Shown: positions 10,611-20,086 of the stretch, in pieces
Layout: every line of letters begins with the position of its first letter
Position numbering within the stretch: the stretch's first letter is position 1
DNA from: Candidatus Spongiisociaceae bacterium
Lineage (GTDB): Bacteria > Actinomycetota > Acidimicrobiia > Spongiisociales > Spongiisociaceae
Assembly (NCBI GenBank): GCA_965262915.1
Contig: OZ253564.1
Location: forward strand, 1-64,000
Reading direction: 5' to 3'
Length of the DNA stretch: 64,000 nucleotides
The notes under the pieces: model-generated
What the model was told of the DNA's origin: nothing
What the model saw: only the letters and a program-made list of their open reading frames with translations
Database searches by the model: none
Translations under genes and position numbers: made by a program

Positions 10611-10633
10611 AATTTAGGTAATATACCTAAATT
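10611..10633. promoter_or_regulatory. Perfect 10-bp inverted repeat, candidate operator upstream of the AAA/DUF4143 gene
   Basis: AATTTAGGTA-ATA-TACCTAAATT in an AT-rich intergenic patch. Confidence 0.55.
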
Positions 10634-10723
10634 TAGCCCATAAAAGGGCATAACCGGGTTTACACCCAATAGTTCAGCACTTAATAGGCACTATGCCCAA
10701 ATATCGCCATCCCAGATGGCCAT

Positions 10724-11785
10724 TCAGCTGATCGTGTGACCGGAGAGCACCCGGGCGGGATTGAGGCTCAGCATCTGGTCGATCTCGTCGTCCGAAACGC
10801 CGCTTAGCCGCAACCGGGGGACGATCTGGCGGATGAAGTGGTCGAAGCCGTGGCCTCCGTAGGCACCCAGCTCGTGCTTGAAGCAGATGTCCTGGGCAGG
10901 AAGGATGTGGTCTACCAGTCCCGCCTCGATCAACGAGATAATGGCGGACACCCTGATATCGTCCGGGGGGAGCTGGTACCGGCGGCCCCGGTAGTAGAGC
11001 TCCCTCCCGAAGGTGTCGAGGCCCAGGTTGGCACCCAGGTCGGCCACCCTCCGGTACTTGTCGATGTCGGTGCGGAACCGGTCGTCGAGATGGCTCTGCA
11101 CCACCCTGGTGAGGTCGGCGCCGGCTTCGGCGAGCACCCCCAGCACCTCGAAAGGGGACTCGTCGCCGGGGGCCGAGTGGGCGACGATAGCGCACCCGGT
11201 TTCCTGCTGGGCGATCGCCGCGGCTCGCAACACCTTTCGTTCGACAGGATCCATCGGGAAGGTCCCCATCCCGATCTCCCCGATCACCCCGGCCTTGAGG
11301 TCGGTTCCGTCCATGCCCACGGTGATGTCGTGGATCATCTCGGCCGCGAGGTCATCGACCGTCCGGGATTCCAGACCCGGAGGGTGGGTCTCCTTGATGT
11401 AGTACCCGCATCCGGCGATCACATTCACGCCGGTCTGCTCTACCAGCCACTCCAGGGCCCGGACATCGCGGCCCAGCCCGGGAGGCGTAACGTCGACGAT
11501 GGTGGCGCCACCCGCCTCGCGGTAGCGGCGCAGTTCGCCCGCCACGACCTGCGGTTCGTCGATCAGCAGGTTGTCACGGACCGCGAAAGGATTGGCCCGG
11601 ACCCGCCCCAGCCTTTCGGTTGTGAGAGGAAGGAAGGCAACCTCCGGATCGTCGGTCGGAGTCCAGTAACAGCGCACGTTGACCATCAGGTGCTCGTGGA
11701 TGAGGGTGGTCCCGAGTCGGGTGGCCGGTACCGGTCCGGCGATGGTCTGTACTTCCGGTCCGGCTACCGCCCCGTCATTGTTCAT
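10724..11785 (-). CDS. Phosphotriesterase-homology protein (PHP/PTE family)
   Basis: TLIHEHL, GRDV, GVIGEIG, AHS, SHLD, AQD metal-site motifs. Confidence 0.9.
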   Translation of the reverse strand: MNNDGAVAGPEVQTIAGPVPATRLGTTLIHEHLMVNVRCYWTPTDDPEVAFLPLTTERLGRVRANPFAVRDNLLIDEPQVVAGELRRYREAGGATIVDVTPPGLGRDVRALEWLVEQTGVNVIAGCGYYIKETHPPGLESRTVDDLAAEMIHDITVGMDGTDLKAGVIGEIGMGTFPMDPVERKVLRAAAIAQQETGCAIVAHSAPGDESPFEVLGVLAEAGADLTRVVQSHLDDRFRTDIDKYRRVADLGANLGLDTFGRELYYRGRRYQLPPDDIRVSAIISLIEAGLVDHILPAQDICFKHELGAYGGHGFDHFIRQIVPRLRLSGVSDDEIDQMLSLNPARVLSGHTIS

Positions 11786-13113
11786 AGCGCCGAACGGAAG
11801 TCACGGAGCGCCGCTGCGAACCGCTCCACCGTCTCGTCGATCACCGCCTCGCTGTGGGCATCCGACGGGAAGAAGTTGCCGAAACCGGAGATGCGCACCC
11901 CGGCTGCCATGAGATGGGGGAGGAATGCCACCCGTCGAGGCCGGTCCGTCATGAGGACCTCACGGTGGTTCCTCACCGCGGCGAGATCGGTGAACATCAG
12001 GTTGAAGATCGTCGGCAGCCCCTGGACACGGCACGGTATGTCCTGTCCCGCTATCGCTTCGCCCAGTCCCTCCATGAGACGCCGACCGCGGGCCTCCAGA
12101 TCCCCGTAGAACTCATCACCCCCCGCGTACAGGTGTTCGAGGGTCGCGCGGGCGGCGGCCATGGTTATCGGGGTGGCATTGAAGGTGCCGGCATGGGTAA
12201 TGGCGCCCGTTCCGATCCCCTCCATCAGATCCCGCCGACCGGCCACGCAGCCCACTGGGAAGCCGGAGGCCAGGGCCTTACCCATGGTCGTGAGGTCCGG
12301 GGTCACCCCGTAGCGACCCTGGGCGCCCCCCAGAGCGGCCCGGAACCCGGTGATCACCTCGTCGAAGATGAGCACGATGCGGTGCTCGTCGCACATCCGG
12401 CGGACCGCCTCCAGGTAACCCGGTAGCGGCTCCACCACGCCGCTGTTGGCCATCACCGGCTCCATGATCACCGCGGCGATCTCGTGGCCATGCGCGGAAA
12501 GAAGCTCGGCCAGCGCCTCGGGATCGTTCCAGGGCGCCACGATCAGGGAACCGCCGATGTCGGTGTCCACACCGGCCGACTCGGGCACCGGCTCGGTACC
12601 ACGCCCGTCGCACCTTGCCTGGGAACCGCTGCCCACGTTGAAGAGAACGCTGTCTGCCCATCCGTGGTAGTGGCCTTCGAACTTGAGGACGGTGTTGCGG
12701 CCCGTGGCGGCGCGGGCGACCCTCAGCGCGGCCTGGACGGCCTCGGTCCCGGTCATGTTGAAGCGAACCACCTCGGCCGACGGCACCGTACGGGTTATGA
12801 GGTGGGCAACCTCCACCTCGAGTTCGTGCTGGGCGCCGTAGAGGATCCCCTTGCCGAGCTGTTCCTCGACCGCAGCAGTGACGAAGGCCGGCCGGTGTCC
12901 GAGCAGCATCGGCCCCTGTCCCATGACGTAGTCGATCAAGCGGTTCCCGTCGACGTCGTACAGGTACGGCCCCTCGCCCGCCTCGAAGAAGATCGGGTGG
13001 GGCTTCTCCCCCATCCGCACGTTGCTGTTGACCCCGCCCGGGATCACCTTCTTCGAGTCCTCGTGGAGTAGGCGCGACTTCCGGAAGGTCAACTTCGCGT
13101 CACCGGCCTGCAC
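11782..13113 (-). CDS. Class III aminotransferase (glutamate-1-semialdehyde aminomutase-like)
   Basis: PGGVNSNVR, GTEA, FEGHYHG, LIFDEVITGFR, MGKAL, GTFN. Confidence 0.9.
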   Translation of the reverse strand: MQAGDAKLTFRKSRLLHEDSKKVIPGGVNSNVRMGEKPHPIFFEAGEGPYLYDVDGNRLIDYVMGQGPMLLGHRPAFVTAAVEEQLGKGILYGAQHELEVEVAHLITRTVPSAEVVRFNMTGTEAVQAALRVARAATGRNTVLKFEGHYHGWADSVLFNVGSGSQARCDGRGTEPVPESAGVDTDIGGSLIVAPWNDPEALAELLSAHGHEIAAVIMEPVMANSGVVEPLPGYLEAVRRMCDEHRIVLIFDEVITGFRAALGGAQGRYGVTPDLTTMGKALASGFPVGCVAGRRDLMEGIGTGAITHAGTFNATPITMAAARATLEHLYAGGDEFYGDLEARGRRLMEGLGEAIAGQDIPCRVQGLPTIFNLMFTDLAAVRNHREVLMTDRPRRVAFLPHLMAAGVRISGFGNFFPSDAHSEAVIDETVERFAAALRDFRSAL

Positions 13114-13440
13114 GTTTCACTCCTTCCGTCACCCGCCCGGAATGGTAACCCGTGCAGGGGGCGCCACCGGCAGAGCTACTCGGATGGGCTTGACGTCGGG
13201 TAGGTACCACCCATGCAAACTGGCTCAAAGACGCTTTTTCAGACGCCACAACTACGATGACCACATGAGAGCCACTCTTCCCGACGTGCCGATCCTCGAC
13301 CGTCCACATCGCTACGCGAACCAGTATCGGCATTCGTTCAGATTGGATAACCCGGTTCGGATTACTGCCGGAAGCGCAGGTCGGCCACCATCATCACTTC
13401 GACTGGACCCGGTCGGCGAATCCCGCCGACAATCGGATAC

Positions 13441-15192
13441 GTGACAATGGAATGGAACAGAGAACTGTTGTTGGAGCGGCTCGAGCTCGGTGAGGACAGC
13501 CGCGTGGAGTTCAAGGAAGCTCGCTTCAAGGGTGGACGGGTCGCAGCACCACGACGAGACCGCATAGCCGACAGGCTGGCCGCCTTCGGAAACACCCTTG
13601 GCGGAACGTTGATCTTCAGCGTGGCGGATCCCGGGGAGGTCCAGCCGTTGAACCGCCGTCAACTGGACTTGCTGGAAGCCTTCGTCACCGAAGTGTGTTC
13701 GGACAGTATCCGTCCCCCGCTGGCATTTGTCACGCAGCGAGTGGCTCTGCCCTCGGGTCCCGTGCTCACAGTAGTGATAGAGCAGAGCGAATTGGTGCAC
13801 AGGAGCCCTGGCGGATACCTACGGCGATACGGTAGCTCGACGCGAGAACTCTCACCGGAAGCCCTTCAGCGTCTGTTCCAGCAACGTGGCCGTTCCGGCC
13901 TGCTGGGGCCGGACGAGGCGATCGTCACCGGAACCGGGCGCAATACCTTTGATCCGGCTCTCCTGGATCGATTCCTCAGCTCCCGCACGAGCGAACCGGT
14001 TGAGGCCGATCTGGTGAAGCTAGGGCTCCTGCGGAGAGACGAAAGTGGAGTAATGCGGGCGACGGTGGCCGGGATCCTGCTCGCCACTGAACGTCCGGAG
14101 GAGCGCATTCGCGGGGCTCTGATCGAGGCCGTCAGCTATCGCGGCACGGTGCTCGGCCGGGCAACCCAGTACGACGCTGCCTCGATCACCGGCCCTTTAG
14201 ACAGGCAGGTAAGCGAGGCTGTTCACTTCGCCAGGCGCAACACGCGTGTATCGGCTCGGAAGGTGCCGGGACGTATCGACATGCCCCAGTTCAGTCCCCG
14301 GGCCGTGTTCGAGGCCATCGTCAACGCGGTGGTGCACCGGGACTACACCATGGAAACCGCCAAGATCAGGTTTTTCATTTTCGACGACCGACTCGAGCTG
14401 TACTCCCCGGGCGCCCTTCCCAACACTCTACCGATAGAAGCCATGAGAAGCCGCCAGGCGACCCGGAACGAGACGATCGCATCCGTACTTCGCAAGCTCC
14501 CGGTAGGGGACATCGAAGGGGCCGGTGACCACCGGTACTTCCTGGAGCTACGCGGCGAAGGAGTCCCGATCATCTACGAGCAGACCAACGGGCTGACGGG
14601 TCGGGACCCGATTTACCAGCTACTGGGCGGCTCCGAGCTCCGCTTGACGATACCTTCTGCTCCTCCTCCGATCGAGGGCATCGCCGGCGAGATTTCGGTG
14701 TCCGCAGCCGGACAGCCACTCGCCGGAGCGAAGGTTGTTGCTCTGTACCCGAACAAGACATGGATGGCCGGCGACACCGATACCTTCGGGCGCGTCGGCT
14801 TTGACTTTCACTCGGAACTTCCCATAACGGTCCTGTGTGCCGCGCCCGGGCACACCGGGCGTGTCGAGCGGGAATGGCACCCGCCGGACCGGCTTTCCAT
14901 AGAGCTTGAGAGACTAAGTGGGGGAGGTTCGATCATCTTCACCGACCAGACAGGTGAGGTGCCGGGTCTGGCCGGACGCCTCAATCCCATTCTCGACACC
15001 CTCGACCGTACTTATCTATACGCTATCAACATCGCCATCGATGAGGGCATGCCCCAACCTGTTCATTTCAAGCTGAACCGTCCCATGATTCTGACCGATG
15101 TCCATGGGGTCGAACGGATCGTGCGGTTCATCGAGATGATCGGACGCGCCGGGCTGCTGGAATACGAGGTTGTCGGGCAGAGGAAGCGGTGA
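13441..15192 (+). CDS. Schlafen/AlbA_2 domain + RecG-C/HATPase_c_4 protein with atypical C-terminal domain
   Basis: GEDSRVEFKE, AAFGNTLGGTLIF, EAIVNAVVHRDY, ELYSPG, RNETI, ELRGEG; start may be ATG 13447. Confidence 0.85.
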   Translation: MTMEWNRELLLERLELGEDSRVEFKEARFKGGRVAAPRRDRIADRLAAFGNTLGGTLIFSVADPGEVQPLNRRQLDLLEAFVTEVCSDSIRPPLAFVTQRVALPSGPVLTVVIEQSELVHRSPGGYLRRYGSSTRELSPEALQRLFQQRGRSGLLGPDEAIVTGTGRNTFDPALLDRFLSSRTSEPVEADLVKLGLLRRDESGVMRATVAGILLATERPEERIRGALIEAVSYRGTVLGRATQYDAASITGPLDRQVSEAVHFARRNTRVSARKVPGRIDMPQFSPRAVFEAIVNAVVHRDYTMETAKIRFFIFDDRLELYSPGALPNTLPIEAMRSRQATRNETIASVLRKLPVGDIEGAGDHRYFLELRGEGVPIIYEQTNGLTGRDPIYQLLGGSELRLTIPSAPPPIEGIAGEISVSAAGQPLAGAKVVALYPNKTWMAGDTDTFGRVGFDFHSELPITVLCAAPGHTGRVEREWHPPDRLSIELERLSGGGSIIFTDQTGEVPGLAGRLNPILDTLDRTYLYAINIAIDEGMPQPVHFKLNRPMILTDVHGVERIVRFIEMIGRAGLLEYEVVGQRKR

Positions 15193-15232
15193 TCCGCAAC
15201 TCGATGGCACTCCCGTAAAGAGGGGATCGAAA

Positions 15233-16381
15233 ATGACAATTCCGCGACAACCCGCATTCGGCTTGGCCGAGTTCCAGAGGCGCTGGGATGCCGTGCGCGC
15301 TGCTATGGAGGTCGCCAGGGTCGATGTACTGGTGACCTTCAGCCCCCACAACGTCTTCTATCTGACAGGCATGGACTCTGAGAATCTCTTCGACTACCAA
15401 TGCGCCGTACTGGCACCGGACATGGAGGCGCCGGTGCTGGTGATCTTCGAGTTCGAGCTGGCCCGGGCCGAGAACTCGGTGGTGGTGGACGACATCCGCT
15501 CCTATGGGACTTTCGACGATCCGATCGCTTTCACGCTGGAGCAACTGGCCGCACTTCCCGGAAGGAGGATCGCCCTGGACAGGAGCACTCTTCCCGTGGC
15601 CCGCTATGGGACCCTCGTGGCGGGGCTCGACGGTTACGAGCTCACCGACGCTTTCGGCTTGGTGGAGGAGGTACGGCTGATCAAGTCGGAAGCCGAACTG
15701 CAGCTCATGGAACAGGCGGCTGCCCTTACGGACACCGGCGTGGAGGCGGCCACGGCCGCCATAGCCGAAGGGGTCGAGGACCGGCTGGTGGCGGCCGCCA
15801 TCGTGGACGCCATGTACCGGGCCGGGAGCGACACCCTCTGCTGGGGTCCCATCGTTGCGGCCGGTTACCGGGCCGGCGCGGCCCACAGCACCTTCAACGG
15901 CCACCGGATAGGCCGGGGCGAGACGGTGTTCCTGGAACTCACCGGGGAGGTTTCCCGGTACGTTTCCCCTCTCATGCGGACCGTGGTGGCAGGAGAGCCG
16001 TCGAACGACATGCTGCGGGTGGAGGCGGCGGTGACTGCCGCTCTGGAGGCCATCGGGACGAACGCCCGGTCGGGCGCCTCGGCTCGCGACGTGGCCGCTC
16101 GTGGCCTCGCCGCCCTCGAGAGCGTCCTGGAAGGCCACATATTCCACCATTACTTCGGCTATCCGGTGGGGATCGGCTATCCCCCGACCTGGATCGAGTC
16201 CCTCGGGTTCTTCATCCGCGCCGACAACGACCGCCCGCTGGAGACGGGAATGGCCTTCCATCTGCCGATGTCGATCCGCAAGTACGGCAAGTACGGGGTG
16301 AACCTCAGCCACACCCTCGTGGTAGAAGACGGCGGTGCCCGGGTCCTGGGATCGTCGCCCGCCCGGCTGGCCGTAGTATGA
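15233..16381 (+). CDS. M24 family hydrolase, EutD/DoeA-like
   Basis: RLIKSEAE, SRYVSPLMRT, GYPVGIGYPPTW, LETGMAFH. Confidence 0.85.
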   Translation: MTIPRQPAFGLAEFQRRWDAVRAAMEVARVDVLVTFSPHNVFYLTGMDSENLFDYQCAVLAPDMEAPVLVIFEFELARAENSVVVDDIRSYGTFDDPIAFTLEQLAALPGRRIALDRSTLPVARYGTLVAGLDGYELTDAFGLVEEVRLIKSEAELQLMEQAAALTDTGVEAATAAIAEGVEDRLVAAAIVDAMYRAGSDTLCWGPIVAAGYRAGAAHSTFNGHRIGRGETVFLELTGEVSRYVSPLMRTVVAGEPSNDMLRVEAAVTAALEAIGTNARSGASARDVAARGLAALESVLEGHIFHHYFGYPVGIGYPPTWIESLGFFIRADNDRPLETGMAFHLPMSIRKYGKYGVNLSHTLVVEDGGARVLGSSPARLAVV

Positions 16382-16454
16382 AAACGCCACGGAAGAGCAA
16401 ACACGGAGTCGGGAAGCCTGCGGCGCGACCACCCGGGTAAGGAGGGCGGCGGAA

Positions 16455-17174
16455 GTGAAGCGGTTCGGATACCTGTATCCCGGCTACGCCGGCGAGGACG
16501 ACTATCCCTTGATGGCCGCCTCCGTCGATCCCCCGGTCCGGAACCGCGTGTTCCACACCGAGGTACCCGTGGACGCCCACCGTCCCGACGCTCTGCGACG
16601 GGTGGGCGCCATCGAACTCCTGCTGGAACCGATGGAAGATGTCCTGGCATTCGGACCCGACGCACTTTCGTGGGCCTGTACCAGCGGGAGCTTCATCTTC
16701 GGACCGGAGGGCGCCAAGCGCCAGGTCGAACGGATCGAAGAGGAGTACGGCATCCCCAGTTCCAGCACGTCCCTATCGTTTCTGGCCGCCCTCCGGCACT
16801 TGGGGATCGAGCGTGTGGCTGTCAGGGCCACCTACCCCGAAGACGTGGCCCGGCTGTTCGGCGATTTCGTGGAAGCGGCCGGAGTATCCGTCGAGTCCGT
16901 CGAATGTCTCGACATCATCACCGGAGTGGAGGTCGGAACCCTGCAGCCGGATCGGATCGTCGACTTCGTAGGGACCTCGACGCCTCCGGACGTGGATGCC
17001 GTGTTGGTACCGGACACGGCGATGGCCACTGCGGCCTTCCTCGATGATCTGGAGGAGGCCGCCGGAACCGTGGTCCTGACCGCCAACCAGGTCACCATGT
17101 GGGACATGCTGCAGATCGCCGGATGGGAAGGCACCTACCCGACCGGGGGCAGGCTGTTCGCCGGACGGCGGTAG
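16455..17174 (+). CDS. Asp/Glu racemase / maleate isomerase / arylmalonate decarboxylase family protein
   Basis: WACTSGSF, ATYP, VPDTAM, VLTANQVT. Confidence 0.85.
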   Translation: MKRFGYLYPGYAGEDDYPLMAASVDPPVRNRVFHTEVPVDAHRPDALRRVGAIELLLEPMEDVLAFGPDALSWACTSGSFIFGPEGAKRQVERIEEEYGIPSSSTSLSFLAALRHLGIERVAVRATYPEDVARLFGDFVEAAGVSVESVECLDIITGVEVGTLQPDRIVDFVGTSTPPDVDAVLVPDTAMATAAFLDDLEEAAGTVVLTANQVTMWDMLQIAGWEGTYPTGGRLFAGRR

Positions 17175-17239
17175 ACCGAACCCGGAACTCACCCGCGCGG
17201 CCGTTATCCTCCGGTTCCGACGCGAGCGAAGTAGGCAAC

Positions 17240-17998
17240 GTGGGAAAACTTATGGGCAAGGCCGCCATCGTGACCGGCGGCGCACGGGGCATAGGCCGGG
17301 CCATCGCCACCCGGTTCCTCGAGGAGGGGGCCCAGGTCCTCATCTGCGACATACTGGAGGATCGACTCAGGGAGACGGTCCGCGAGTTGAGCGAACTCGG
17401 CGAGGTTCACGGCCACCCGGGCGACCTGAGCCGCAAGGACGTATGCGCGGCGGCGGTCCATCGGGCCGTCGACCTGTTCGGCGGAGTCCACATCGTGGTC
17501 AACAACGCCGGTATCGCCCGCTGGGCACCCTTCCTGGACCACTCGGAGGAGGATTGGGACCGCACCTTCGATGTCAACCTCAAGGCCGTCTTCCTCCTGA
17601 GCCAGCAGGCGGCGCGGGTGATGGTGGAACAGGGCGAAGGCGGAGTGATCCTCAGCATGGCCTCCAACAACGGACATGTGCCCGAACCGGAAGTGGTGGC
17701 CTACAACGCCTCGAAGGGCGGGGTGGTGCTGCTCACCAAGACGATGGCGATCGAACTGGCAAAGCACAACATCCGGGCCAACAGCATCGCCCCCGGCCAT
17801 ATCGGGCCGACCGACCTGTCCCTGGAGGGTGGGGCCGACGAGACCTTCTTCCAGACCCTGGCCGACGGCATCCCCCTGGGCCGGCTCGGCAAACTGGAAG
17901 AGGTGGCCGCCCTCTACGCCTTCCTGGCCTCCGACGAGGCCCAGTTCATCAACGGCCACAGCATCATCATCGACGGAGGGCAGACGGCCGGCCAGTGA
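17240..17998 (+). CDS. SDR family oxidoreductase
   Basis: TGGARGIG, NNAG, YNASK, IIDGG; start GTG 17240 or ATG 17252. Confidence 0.9.
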   Translation: MGKLMGKAAIVTGGARGIGRAIATRFLEEGAQVLICDILEDRLRETVRELSELGEVHGHPGDLSRKDVCAAAVHRAVDLFGGVHIVVNNAGIARWAPFLDHSEEDWDRTFDVNLKAVFLLSQQAARVMVEQGEGGVILSMASNNGHVPEPEVVAYNASKGGVVLLTKTMAIELAKHNIRANSIAPGHIGPTDLSLEGGADETFFQTLADGIPLGRLGKLEEVAALYAFLASDEAQFINGHSIIIDGGQTAGQ

Positions 17999-18052
17999 TC
18001 CCCAATTCGGTGGCTCAAGAGTCCCCATAGAATTACCGAACCCATCATTATC

Positions 18053-18061
18053 TGATATAAT
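18053..18061 (+). promoter_or_regulatory. Extended -10 promoter element
   Basis: TGaTATAAT about 45 bp upstream of the aspartic protease ATG. Confidence 0.5.
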
Positions 18062-18106
18062 TAGTATGTCTCGATAGCCAACGTTGCAGAGGGGAGAGGC
18101 TTCTCG

Positions 18107-18463
18107 ATGGGAGTATTCGACTGGCCGCTGCGAGTGTCAAGCCTGAACGGTGAACACTCGCTGGACATCGAAGCGACAGTGGACACCGGCGCCAGCTATA
18201 CCGTGTTGCCCACCGGAATGCTCGAGCAGTTGGGAGTCGTGCCGACGCGCAAGCTCACATTCGAATTGGCCGACGGGCGGCGCCGGGTGATGGACGTGGG
18301 AAGCGCTCAGGTCACTATCGACGGCGCCACCGAGGTAACCCCGGTCGTTTTCGGTGCAGACCGCACCGGCGCGCTGCTTGGCGCGGTCACTCTGCAGACA
18401 CTGGCATTAGTCGTCGACTCCTCGAGGGAAAGGCTTGTACCCGCGGAAACCCTTCGCTACTAG
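18107..18463 (+). CDS. Single-domain retropepsin-like (clan AA) aspartic protease
   Basis: VDTGAS catalytic motif, ADG flap, ALLGAVTL. Confidence 0.85.
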   Translation: MGVFDWPLRVSSLNGEHSLDIEATVDTGASYTVLPTGMLEQLGVVPTRKLTFELADGRRRVMDVGSAQVTIDGATEVTPVVFGADRTGALLGAVTLQTLALVVDSSRERLVPAETLRY

Positions 18464-18629
18464 CTTGCTCGGTGCATGACACCGACCCGTCCGGCGGGTT
18501 CCCGCAATGAGCAGGACTCCCACGACGCACCGACCATGCCTGGGGCATCCCGGAGCATTCCCAGTTGAGCGGACGGCGGGGCAATCGCTACCCCCGTCTT
18601 CGGTATTCTCCAAGCAAGGAGGTCTACCA

Positions 18630-20045
18630 ATGATCCTGTTCGACAATTGCCGGTTCCTTATCACGACGCCGAACCCGGACGGTGTGATCGAGGGCGGTTG
18701 GGTACTCGTGGACGGACCCACCATCCACTCCGTCGGCAGGCCAGAGGCTTCGCCGAAGGCCGACCTGTCGGCACAAGGTGCAGAGGTTGTGGACTGCAGC
18801 GGCAAGCTGGTGATGCCCGGGATGATCGATAGCCACAACCATCTGGCCAACTATCCCTACAACCTGCTTCCCGGAATCGATCCTTCGTCGATGGACTTCA
18901 GGGGCATATCGGAGTGTTTGGAGAAGCTCATATGGCCTGCCTACACGTGGGCCACCGACGAGAGCACCTACGACCTGACGGTGCTCGCGATGTGCAATGC
19001 CATCAAACACGGAACGACCACCATCACCAGCGCGTTCCCATGGCCCGACGCCACCTATCGGGCCGGTATGACATCGGGAATTCGGACGATCATCCATCCC
19101 CAGGCGGTCAGCAACGTGGCGCTCGGGGACGGTCTGGACGACGAGGGCTACCTAGCCCAGACCGAAGAGGTGATCCGGAACTACCACAACGCCGAGGACG
19201 GCAGAATCCAGGTGGCGGCCCACCCCCACACCACCTACTCGTGCTCGGAGCGGCTGCTGCTCGGCTGCATGGAACTGGCCGAGCGCTACGACGTGGGATT
19301 CGCCATCCACATGCTCGAGAGTGTCGAGGATCGCCACCTGTCAGACGCTCAGTTCGCCGAATGGGGAGGAATAATCGGTTACTTCCAGGCAAAGGGACTG
19401 CTTCGGGAAAGAACGTTGTTCTTTCACTGCGACCAGGTGAACGGGCGCGAGGCGGAGATACTCGCCGAAGCCGGGGTTGCCATCTCCCACAACCCGCAAT
19501 CCAACGCCACCTACCACGGCTCGGTCGCCGATGTACCTACGCTGCGGGCCGCCGGCGTCACGCTCGGCCTCGGTACCGACATGCCCGCCGGGAACCTTTT
19601 CGACAACATGTACACCGCGTTCATTGTCAATGCGACCGTCCCCCCCGACCAGGAAGCGCAGTACGAACCCTGGGTTCCGCTCGAGCTGGCAACCATCGGG
19701 GGTGCCAGGGCGCAACGGCTCGGCGACAAGATCGGCACGCTCGAAGCCGGCAAGCGGGCGGACATGATTACCGTCGACCTGAGCCGCAACACGACCTTGC
19801 ACCCGCTCAACGCCGGGAACCTCCTCTTCTGGATCGTCAGCCAGGGCGCGGGCACTGTCGTGGAGGATTCGATGGTCGACGGGACGTTCCTGATGCGGGA
19901 CCGGGAGTTCACCCGGATGGACGAAGTAGCGATCATCGCCCGCTCCGAGCGATGGATGGCCGACTTCGAGGCCTGGTACCGGCACCGCAAAGCCACCGGA
20001 CAACCCGTAACCGTCAGGAAGTACCCCGACTACGAAAGGCGCTAG
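18630..20045 (+). CDS. Amidohydrolase (AtzA/MTA-SAH deaminase family)
   Basis: MPGMIDSHNH, HMLE, FFHC, HNPQSN, LGTD, LEAGKRAD; RBS AGGAGG. Confidence 0.9.
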   Translation: MILFDNCRFLITTPNPDGVIEGGWVLVDGPTIHSVGRPEASPKADLSAQGAEVVDCSGKLVMPGMIDSHNHLANYPYNLLPGIDPSSMDFRGISECLEKLIWPAYTWATDESTYDLTVLAMCNAIKHGTTTITSAFPWPDATYRAGMTSGIRTIIHPQAVSNVALGDGLDDEGYLAQTEEVIRNYHNAEDGRIQVAAHPHTTYSCSERLLLGCMELAERYDVGFAIHMLESVEDRHLSDAQFAEWGGIIGYFQAKGLLRERTLFFHCDQVNGREAEILAEAGVAISHNPQSNATYHGSVADVPTLRAAGVTLGLGTDMPAGNLFDNMYTAFIVNATVPPDQEAQYEPWVPLELATIGGARAQRLGDKIGTLEAGKRADMITVDLSRNTTLHPLNAGNLLFWIVSQGAGTVVEDSMVDGTFLMRDREFTRMDEVAIIARSERWMADFEAWYRHRKATGQPVTVRKYPDYERR

Positions 20046-20086
20046 ACCTGTCCCGGCAGGCCTGGGATGGAGGGTGAAGTCGGTTC

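Noticed and set aside
11782-13113. Calling this gene or 20916-22250 hemL
   Set aside because: Two diverged paralogs in catabolic context with no hem genes nearby
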